From the NCBI GenBank assembly GCA_963704725.1, contig OY969934.1, forward strand, positions 1,889,040-1,953,039: 64,000 bases of DNA, given 5' to 3'. Each line of letters starts with the position of its first letter. The first letter of the stretch is position 1. The notes under the pieces are model-generated. The model saw nothing but the letters and a program-made list of their open reading frames with translations. It did no database searches and was not told where the DNA came from. Shown here piece after piece: positions 55,519 through 64,000 of this stretch. The translations under genes and the position numbers were made by a program. The stretch is from an uncultured Actinomycetes bacterium. GTDB lineage: Bacteria > Actinomycetota > UBA4738 > HRBIN12.

Positions 55519-57120
55519 GTGATCGACTTCCTGGTCGACAACCCGTTCGTGCTGCTCTTCCTGGTCCTGGGGCTCGGGTACCTCCTGGGCAAGGTCCGGG
55601 TGGGCGGGTTCGGGCTCGGGGTCTCTGCGGTGCTGTTCGTCGGCCTCGCCTTCGGCGGGCTCTCCGAGCGGATCACCCTGCCCGAGTTCGTGTACCAGTT
55701 CGGGCTGATCGTGTTCGTGTACACCGTGGGCGTCTCGGCCGGGCCGGGGTTCGTCGCCGCGCTCCGGCGCCGGGGATGGGCCGCCAACCTCGTGGTGGTG
55801 AGCGTGCTCGTGATCGCGGCCGCGACGGTCGGGATCGGGGGCCGGTCGGCGCACCTGTCTCGGGCCGTGACGGCCGGCGTGTTCACGGGGGCCACGACGA
55901 ACACCCCGGCGCTCGCGGCCGTGCTGCAGCACCAGGCCGACGCGGACGCCGGCGAGCGCGAGCTGACCGAACCGGTCCTGGGCTACTCGGTGGCCTACCC
56001 CTTCGGCGTGCTGGGGATGATCCTCGCGGTGTGGGCCGCTCGACGGCGATGGAGGCCCGACGAGCCCGACGCGCCCGAGGAGGATCTGGTGAATCTGACC
56101 GTCCGCGTGACCTCGGCCGAGGTCGCCGGGCGGACCGTCGCCCAGCTGATGACCGAGCACGGCTGGCGCGTCGTCCTGTCGCGGGTGCGGCGCGGCGACG
56201 AGGAGGCGGAGGTGCCGCTCGGAGGCTTCGTGCTCGAGCCCGGGGACCTCGTGGTGGTGGTCGGGCCCGCGGCCGACGCCGATCGGGTCGTGGCGGCTCT
56301 GGGGGAGCGAGCGGCGGAGGAGCTGCCGCTCGACCGCTCGGACCTCGACATGCGGCGGATGTTCGTGTCGGCGACGGAACCGGTGGGGGTGCGCATCGCC
56401 GATCTCCGGCTCCCGGAGCGGTTCGGCGCGATCGTCACGCGGGTGCGCCGGGGCGACGTCGACCGTCTGGCGAGGCCCGATATCGTGCTCGAGCCGGGGG
56501 ACCGGGTCCGGGTGGTGGCGCCCCGCGACCGCATGGGCGAGATCACACGGTTCTTCGGCGATTCGTACCGCATGCTCTCGGAGATCGACGTGTCGTCGTT
56601 CAGCCTCGGGCTCGTGGGGGGACTCCTGGTGGGACTGGCGCCGGTCCCGCTGCCGGGAGGCGGCACGTTCCGTCTCGGGCTGGCCGGCGGGCCGCTCGTG
56701 GTTGGCCTGATCCTCGGGGCGCTCGAACGGACCGGGCCCATCACCTGGCAGCTCCCGTACAACGCGAACCTCACGCTGCGCCAGCTCGGCGCCGCGCTGT
56801 TCCTGGCCGGGGTCGGCCTCCGGTCCGGGTACGCCTTCGTCGGCACGGTGGGCTCGGGGGACGGCCTCGCGATGCTCGTCCTCGGCGGGGCCGCCACGGC
56901 GCTCGCCGCGCTGCTCGTGATCTGGCTGGGTCGGGTGCTGCTGCATGCTCCGGTCGACGTCCTGTGCGGGATCGTGGCGGGCATGCAGACGCAGCCGGCC
57001 GTCCTGGCGTTCGCCGTCGAGCAGGCCGACAACGAGCTCCCCAACACCGGCTATGCGACCGTGTATCCGGTCGCCACGCTGGCGAAGATCCTCCTCGCGC
57101 AGATCCTCCTCGTCGCGTAG
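55519..57120 (+). CDS. YidE/YbjL/AspT-family transporter with two central RCK_C (TrkA-C) domains
   Basis: N-terminus MIDFLVDNPFVLLFLVLGLGYLLGKVRVGGFGLGVSAVLFVGLAFG. Internal duplication with two cytoplasmic RCK_C-like segments (LTVRVTSAEVAGRTVAQL ... and LDMRRMFVSATEPVGVRIADLRL ...). Confidence 0.75.
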   Translation: MIDFLVDNPFVLLFLVLGLGYLLGKVRVGGFGLGVSAVLFVGLAFGGLSERITLPEFVYQFGLIVFVYTVGVSAGPGFVAALRRRGWAANLVVVSVLVIAAATVGIGGRSAHLSRAVTAGVFTGATTNTPALAAVLQHQADADAGERELTEPVLGYSVAYPFGVLGMILAVWAARRRWRPDEPDAPEEDLVNLTVRVTSAEVAGRTVAQLMTEHGWRVVLSRVRRGDEEAEVPLGGFVLEPGDLVVVVGPAADADRVVAALGERAAEELPLDRSDLDMRRMFVSATEPVGVRIADLRLPERFGAIVTRVRRGDVDRLARPDIVLEPGDRVRVVAPRDRMGEITRFFGDSYRMLSEIDVSSFSLGLVGGLLVGLAPVPLPGGGTFRLGLAGGPLVVGLILGALERTGPITWQLPYNANLTLRQLGAALFLAGVGLRSGYAFVGTVGSGDGLAMLVLGGAATALAALLVIWLGRVLLHAPVDVLCGIVAGMQTQPAVLAFAVEQADNELPNTGYATVYPVATLAKILLAQILLVA

Positions 57121-57242
57121 CGCACCGACCGGAACCGGGTATGGCGCCACGGCCGAGCACCGCGTCGTCCGGGTCGCGCGGTAGCCTTCGCGGACCCGGT
57201 GGGCGCGCGACTCGTCGGGACTGACGGGAGGCGAACGAGGCC

Positions 57243-58871
57243 GTGGTGACGTCGGGTGGAGGACACGGCTCGAGCGATCGCACCGTGCCGGAGGACCCGG
57301 CGTGGTGGCAGCGAGGCATCGTGTACCAGGTCTATCCGTGGAGCTTCGCCGACGCCTCCGGGGACGGGGTGGGGGATCTCGAGGGGATCCGTCGGCGCGC
57401 CGAGTACCTCCAATGGCTCGGCATCGACGCGGTCTGGATGTCGCCGATCTTCGCCACGCCCGGTGCGGACCTCGGCTACGACATCTCCGACTACCGGCGC
57501 GTCGACCCCCGGTTCGGGTCGCTCGCGGATCTCGACCGGCTGGTCGACGAGCTGCACGGACGCGGCATCCGGCTCGTCCTCGACCTGGTCCCCAACCACA
57601 CGTCCAATCGGCACCCGTGGTTCCTGGAGAGCCGGAGCGACCGCGGCGCGCGGCGGCACGACTGGTACGTCTGGCGGGACGGTGCGCCGGACGGTCCGCC
57701 TCCCAACAACTGGGAGAGCTACTTCGGCGGCCCCGCGTGGACGTACCTGGACCCGCCCGGCCGCTGGTACCTGCACTCGTTCGACCGGGGCCAACCCGAT
57801 CTCAACTGGGAGCACCCCGACGTCCGCGCCGCCATGGTCCACGTCATGCGCTTCTGGCTCGACCGCGGCGTCGACGGGTTCCGCGTCGACGTGCTCTGGC
57901 TGCTGGGCAAGGACCCAGAGCTCCGCGACAACCCCCCGAACCCCGACTGGCAGGAAGGGCTCCCGGCCTATCTGCGGCTCCTCCGCGTCCACTCGGAGGA
58001 CGGTCCCCGGGCCCACGAGTTCGCCCGCCTGCTGCGCACCGTCGTCGACGAGTACCCCGAGCGGGTGATGATCGGCGAGGTCGTGCTCCCGGCCGAGCGC
58101 GCCGTCGCGTTCTACGGCGCTGAGCTGCCCGAGGCGCACCTGCCGCACAACTTCACGCTGACCCAGATGCGCGAATGGACGGCCGAGTCCGTTCGGGTCG
58201 CGGTGGAGCACTACGAGGGCGTCCTTCCCGACGGCGCCTGGCCGAACTGGCTCCTGGGCGATCACGACTTCCCGCGGATCGCCTCCCGGCTCGGCCCCGA
58301 GCGGAGCCGCCTCGCGACCATGCTGCTGCTCACCCTGCGAGGGACCCCAACCTGGTACTACGGGGACGAGATCGGGATGATCGACGCCGTGTTCGAGCGA
58401 CCTCTCGGGGTGAGCGACCCCCAGGCCGGGACGGGGGCGGAGCGGGACCGCCTCGTCGCCCGGACCCCGATGCAGTGGTCGACGGAGCGAAACGCGGGCT
58501 TCTCGACCGCCGAGCCCTGGCTGCCGATCGCCTCGGACGACCCGGCGCTCACGGTGCAGCGCCAGCGGGACGACCCGGACAGCGTCCTGAGCCTCTTCCG
58601 CGCCCTGGTCCGGGCGCGGCGCGAGATCCCGGCGCTCGCCGTGGGGACGTACGCCTCGCTCCCGGCCCCGCCCGGGGTCTTCTCGTTCGAGCGGGGGCAC
58701 CCCGCGGGGACGGTGTGGGTGCATCTGAACTTTGGCGACCGGCCCGCCGAGGTGGAGCTCTCCGGCCCCGGCGAGGTCGCGGTCTCGACCGACGCCCGGC
58801 GGGCCGGGGAGCGAGTGACGGGACGCGTCACCCTTCGCGCCTCCGAGGGTCTGGTCGTCCGGCCCGCGTAG
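57243..58871 (+). CDS. Glycoside hydrolase family 13 alpha-glucosidase (oligo-1,6-glucosidase / trehalose-6-phosphate hydrolase type)
   Basis: WWQRGIVYQVYPWSFADASGDGVGDLEGI ... GIDAVWMSPIF ... DYGYDISDY ... LVLDLVPNHTSNRHPWF ... GFRVDV ... GEV ... YYGDEIGM (GH13 conserved regions I-IV). Confidence 0.85.
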   Translation: MVTSGGGHGSSDRTVPEDPAWWQRGIVYQVYPWSFADASGDGVGDLEGIRRRAEYLQWLGIDAVWMSPIFATPGADLGYDISDYRRVDPRFGSLADLDRLVDELHGRGIRLVLDLVPNHTSNRHPWFLESRSDRGARRHDWYVWRDGAPDGPPPNNWESYFGGPAWTYLDPPGRWYLHSFDRGQPDLNWEHPDVRAAMVHVMRFWLDRGVDGFRVDVLWLLGKDPELRDNPPNPDWQEGLPAYLRLLRVHSEDGPRAHEFARLLRTVVDEYPERVMIGEVVLPAERAVAFYGAELPEAHLPHNFTLTQMREWTAESVRVAVEHYEGVLPDGAWPNWLLGDHDFPRIASRLGPERSRLATMLLLTLRGTPTWYYGDEIGMIDAVFERPLGVSDPQAGTGAERDRLVARTPMQWSTERNAGFSTAEPWLPIASDDPALTVQRQRDDPDSVLSLFRALVRARREIPALAVGTYASLPAPPGVFSFERGHPAGTVWVHLNFGDRPAEVELSGPGEVAVSTDARRAGERVTGRVTLRASEGLVVRPA

Positions 58872-58877
58872 CGGGCC

Positions 58878-59579
58878 TCAGCGCACCCCGACCTCGTCGA
58901 GGTGGCGGAGGAGATCGGCGGGGTCCTCGTAGACCCGATAGGCGCCGGCGCGCTCGAGCTCCTCGCGCCCGTAGCCGCCGGACAGGACCCCGACCCCGAG
59001 GGCCCGGGCCCGCCGCGCCGCGAGCAGGTCCCAGATGCTGTCGCCCACCACCACGCACCGCTCGATGTCGACCCCCAGGGCCTTGGCGGCGGCCAGGAAC
59101 AGGTCGGGGTCGGGCTTGGCGCGCTCGACGAGGTCGCGCGTGATGACGGGGACGCCGTCCGGCACCCCCAGGCGCTCGATCGTGGGGCCGGCCGACTCGC
59201 GGTAGCCGCTCGTGGCGATGGCCCAGGGCGTGCCCGTCGCCGTGAGCGTCCGCAGGAGCTCGACCGCACCCGGCAGGGGCCGGATGTGCGGCGCGTGGCG
59301 CGCGTAGGCGTCGGCGTGGGCCCGGCGGAGCACGGCGGCGTCCTCCGGGGTGACGTCGCGGCCGGTCTCGCGCAGGAGGGCGTTGGCGAACAGCCCGCCG
59401 CTCATCCCGATCTTGCGGTGGATCCGCCACACCGAGAGCTCGATCCCGGCCTCCTCGAGCGCGTCCCGCCAGGCGAGCACGTGCTGGTACACGCTGTCGA
59501 CGAGCGTCCCGTCGAGGTCGAACAGGAAGGAGGTGGTGGCGTCCACGACGCCATCGTAGATGAGCGGCGCGAGGGACAT
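58878..59579 (-). CDS. HAD-superfamily hydrolase (beta-phosphoglucomutase-like subfamily IA)
   Basis: FLFDLDGTLVDS motif I, S/T motif II, and K ... GDSIWDLLAA motif III/IV. Confidence 0.75.
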   Translation of the reverse strand: MSLAPLIYDGVVDATTSFLFDLDGTLVDSVYQHVLAWRDALEEAGIELSVWRIHRKIGMSGGLFANALLRETGRDVTPEDAAVLRRAHADAYARHAPHIRPLPGAVELLRTLTATGTPWAIATSGYRESAGPTIERLGVPDGVPVITRDLVERAKPDPDLFLAAAKALGVDIERCVVVGDSIWDLLAARRARALGVGVLSGGYGREELERAGAYRVYEDPADLLRHLDEVGVR

Positions 59580-59600
59580 GAGCCGATCGGCGATCCGACC

Positions 59601-60011
59601 CTACTGGTACTGGACGGCGCAGTTGATGAAGGTGTCGTTCCCGCCGCCACCGATGCAGACATCCGCGCCGTTCCCGCCGCGGATCGTGTCGTCTCCATCC
59701 CCGCCGAGCATGCAGTCGTTGCCGCCCTGACCACGGATGGTGTCGGACCCGGCGCTGCCCAGGATCAGCTCGCTCTGCCCGGTGCCGCGGAAGTTACCCG
59801 AGCCGGCCACGATGCTCGTCAGGGTCAGGGCGCTGCACTGGGGCGGCGCGAACTCGCTCACCAGATTCGCGTGGCTGAGATCGTCGGCGTGGGTCAGGGG
59901 CACGAGATTCGCCGCGGTGAGGCCGAGGACCGCGATGCCGGCGAGGCCGAACGCCACGAGCACCCCGAGAAGGGAGACCCGTCGCACCCGCCGCCGCCGA
60001 CGCGGTCGCAT
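59601..60011 (-). CDS. Small secreted protein with Gly/Asp-rich calcium-binding-type repeats and a TAAN-type signal peptide
   Basis: ATG 60009-60011 overlaps the stop of the upstream peptidase gene. Basic N-terminus plus TM (MRPRRRRRVRRVSLLGVLVAFGLAGIAVLGLTAANLVPLTHADD). C-terminal GGxGxD repeats (GQGGNDCMLGGDGDDTIRGGNGADVCIGGGGNDTF). The 229-aa ORF-track entry over-extends. Confidence 0.6.
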   Translation of the reverse strand: MRPRRRRRVRRVSLLGVLVAFGLAGIAVLGLTAANLVPLTHADDLSHANLVSEFAPPQCSALTLTSIVAGSGNFRGTGQSELILGSAGSDTIRGQGGNDCMLGGDGDDTIRGGNGADVCIGGGGNDTFINCAVQYQ

Positions 60012-61618
60012 CACGAGTGGACCCCGTTCGAGACCAGGTACCGGTAGGTCACGCCGTCCTCCTCGACGGTGTAGGCGTGGAAGCCGGCGCCCTCCTCGTG
60101 CAGGACGACGTGGCCGTAGTGGTTGGCCAGGCGCAGGAGCGCGTCGAAGCTGTCCACCTGCACGCTCCGGTCGCTCGGGGCGAGGGCGCCCGCGTGGACC
60201 GGCACGAGGAACTGCCCGTAGCGGGTCTCGATGGCGGCCGCCTCTCCGCGGCGGGCCGAGAGCAGCCGGCGGAGGACGATGGCCAGCCACCCGAGGGCGG
60301 CGACCCCGAAGACGGCGAGCGATCCGACGCGGAGCGGGTCCATCCCGAGGTCGCGGCCGAGGATCGAGAAGGTCCGCGGCTCCTCGGTCTGGGTCTTGAC
60401 GAGCCCGGCCGTGTCGGGGTGGATGGGATCGGCTGCCGCCTCACCCGTGGACGAGACGCTGGTGGGTTCGAGCTGGAGCTGCAGCGGGTCGAGGAGGAAG
60501 CGGAGCTCCGGAGCGAAGGTCTCGGCGAGCGGGCGGCCCGCCAGGGTCCCCTCGACCCGGACGTCGGGGCGGACCGCCACCGTGTAGTGGTCGCGCTCGA
60601 CGCCCGTGAGATGCTCGAGCTTCGCCGTCATGGCCAGCAGTGCCTGAAGGTCGAGCTGGCCCTCGACGTGGACGCCGGCGCCCTGGAACGCCGTCGCCGG
60701 CGCGAGCTCGATCGTCCGCGTCCAGCCGTTCACGTCGGAGAGCTCGGCCACCATCCGCACCGTCCCCGAGGCGTCCACCGTGGCCGAGCTGTCGATCGCG
60801 TAGTCGAACGCCACCTGCAGCCGGCTCGTGAGGTGGAGGTACGCGGGGTCGCCGGTCTGGACCGCGCCGGCTCCGTAGGCGTCGTGGCCCTCGGACGCCA
60901 CGAGTCCCGTGTACGAGAAGGTCCCCTGCTGGTCGTAGGTCACGTCGTGCTTGGTCGTCACCGTCGGCGAGAGCGCGAACAGGAGGCCGCTCAGCGCGAG
61001 GGAGAGGATGGCGACGCCGGCGAAGGCCGGCACGAGCCCGGCCGGCACGATCATCCGGTGCGCCGTGGGGGCGGGGCCGGGGCCGTGGCCGTTGCCGGCC
61101 TGTAGGGCGGGGGCTTCTTCACGCGCCGCGGCGGCGCGCCGGGATCCGCGACGCATCCGGCGTCGGCCGCCGAAGACCGCGAGCCCGGCCAGGGAGACGA
61201 TCGCGCCGATGCCCCACGGGGTGCGGACCGCGCCGAGGCGCATCCCGAGGTCGGGCACGTGGAACGCCATCGATCCGAAGATCTCGGATGCCGCGGGGTG
61301 GTAGTCGTCCATCCAGCTGTTGTTGTCGCCCTTCACCACGAAGCGGTCGCCGTCGAGCGCCACGATCCGGTGCAGGACGACGTGGTGGATGTCCGGATTG
61401 CGGTAGGCGACGACGTCGCCCACGACGTACTCGGAGCTGGGGTAGACCACGGCCAGGTCGCCGCCGTGCAGGAGAGGCTCCATGCTCGTCCCCGTGGTGG
61501 TCACGTAGGACGCCCGCCCGCCGAGCTGCCGCGGAGCGAAGAAGTACCAGCTGACGATGAGGAGGGCCGCGCAGGCGCCGAGTGCGGCAGCCCGTGCGAC
61601 CCTCCTCCGCGTGCTCAT
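60011..61618 (-). CDS. SipW-type (S26B, Ser/His dyad) signal peptidase fused to a large C-terminal membrane/extracytoplasmic domain
   Basis: N-terminal TM. Catalytic block GTSMEPLLHGGDLAVV ... HHVVLHRIV ... VVKGDNNSWMDD. Second TM. About 390 extra residues with two further predicted TMs (AFAGVAILSLALSGLLFAL and VGSLAVFGVAALGWLAIVL) and a cytoplasmic tail of about 70 aa. Confidence 0.65.
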   Translation of the reverse strand: MSTRRRVARAAALGACAALLIVSWYFFAPRQLGGRASYVTTTGTSMEPLLHGGDLAVVYPSSEYVVGDVVAYRNPDIHHVVLHRIVALDGDRFVVKGDNNSWMDDYHPAASEIFGSMAFHVPDLGMRLGAVRTPWGIGAIVSLAGLAVFGGRRRMRRGSRRAAAAREEAPALQAGNGHGPGPAPTAHRMIVPAGLVPAFAGVAILSLALSGLLFALSPTVTTKHDVTYDQQGTFSYTGLVASEGHDAYGAGAVQTGDPAYLHLTSRLQVAFDYAIDSSATVDASGTVRMVAELSDVNGWTRTIELAPATAFQGAGVHVEGQLDLQALLAMTAKLEHLTGVERDHYTVAVRPDVRVEGTLAGRPLAETFAPELRFLLDPLQLQLEPTSVSSTGEAAADPIHPDTAGLVKTQTEEPRTFSILGRDLGMDPLRVGSLAVFGVAALGWLAIVLRRLLSARRGEAAAIETRYGQFLVPVHAGALAPSDRSVQVDSFDALLRLANHYGHVVLHEEGAGFHAYTVEEDGVTYRYLVSNGVHS

Positions 61619-61646
61619 TGCGTGCCTCCCGACACCGTCGACGTAA

Positions 61647-62021
61647 CTAGTCGGCGATGATGATCCGCAAGTTGTTGGCGCTGAGCACCGGCTCCCCGGT
61701 CACCGTGCAGACCACGGGCGCGGCCACCGGGCACGTGTACCAGGTGCCCCCGTCCACGACCTGGACCCGGATCGCCGACCCGGCGGTCACGGCCGGGGTG
61801 GCGGTGAAGGTGACCGTGTCCATCGTGCTCGGATCGGTTGCGTTCAGTCCGTAGTGCACGCCGCTGATCGCGTATCCGGAGATCACGGTCTCCCCGTCGC
61901 CGGCGTGGCTGTCCGCCGGCATCGTGTTGGCCGCGGTGAAGGCGTAGGTGCCGGCCACGATCGCCCCGGCGAGGATGAACACCGTGGCGAAGCGCCCCAT
62001 CTTCGAACCTCTGCTGCGCAT
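61647..62021 (-). CDS. Small secreted protein with a TAAN-type signal peptide (putative SipW substrate)
   Basis: 124 aa (or 117 aa from the second Met). Signal MGRFATVFILAGAIVAGTYAFTAANTMPADS. Mature part is Thr/Val-rich and beta-rich in character. Confidence 0.55.
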   Translation of the reverse strand: MRSRGSKMGRFATVFILAGAIVAGTYAFTAANTMPADSHAGDGETVISGYAISGVHYGLNATDPSTMDTVTFTATPAVTAGSAIRVQVVDGGTWYTCPVAAPVVCTVTGEPVLSANNLRIIIAD

Positions 62022-62327
62022 CCGACCGTCCTTTCGTCCGTCCGTCCGTCTGTGCGCCTACGTGGTTCATCGGCAGGTCGAGGTGCGGGCTTATCCCTAT
62101 CTTTCGGTAAACCCCGCACCTCGCTTGGGGGTCCCCCCATCGACGAACCGGGCGGTCGGACGTCCGGGCGACGCTGGAACGCGGTCGAACGGCGCGGTAC
62201 CCTCTTTCAGGTATGTGACAGCTCATCGGGCATGGCGGCGCCGTTTCGACGCGCTTGTGCAGGGAGCCGTCCACCGTGTCCATCCTTCGCTCCATCTCCT
62301 TCTCTCATCGACCGTTCGGGGCATCAC

Positions 62328-63926
<1,599 letters not shown>

Positions 63927-64000
63927 GCACGGCGAGGCCGGCGGCTCGCCCTCCGGCGCAAGGCTTCTCGTAGAACCAAGCGGGAGCCGGGCGTATGCTC

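Overview
This window is high-GC (about 70-72%) Actinobacteria-like chromosomal DNA. Nearly all real genes have the typical GC3-rich codon usage, and many ORF-track entries are arginine/proline-rich antisense artefacts. The housekeeping backbone is: an ABC-2 exporter pair, a polar amino-acid ABC transporter (SBP-permease-ATPase), a DinB-like protein, uvrB, an amidohydrolase, a vapBC toxin-antitoxin pair, a frameshifted class-V aminotransferase, an S9 peptidase, a CPBP protease, uvrA, a cupredoxin lipoprotein, uvrC, rapZ, gap-pgk-tpiA, a five-gene dpp-like peptide ABC operon, secG and tRNA-Leu(GAG). Immediately 3' of tRNA-Leu lies a roughly 12 kb lower-GC (about 53-65%) integrative island. It carries a large serine recombinase whose stop overlaps the tRNA 3' end, a replication-relaxation family protein, a 1.3 kb apparently non-coding stretch, a 1971-aa Rhs/YD-repeat polymorphic toxin with an unrecognised 121-aa C-terminal domain, a 4-TM putative immunity protein, and an IS481-family element with a frameshifted transposase. 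Downstream are an ABM monooxygenase, a flavin oxidoreductase, a second S9 peptidase, and a complete chemotaxis cluster on the minus strand (cheW-cheR(TPR)-cheW-mcp-cheA/Y hybrid-cheB). Then come a divergent receiver-GGDEF(GGDDF) regulator, a YidE/YbjL-type transporter, a GH13 alpha-glucosidase with a HAD hydrolase, a three-gene cluster built around a SipW-type signal peptidase fused to a large extra membrane domain and flanked by two small secreted proteins sharing a TAAN signal-peptide motif, and an ABC-F ATPase. The two most promising candidates for undescribed biology are the tRNA-Leu island with its Rhs toxin/immunity module and the SipW-fusion secretion/processing cluster.
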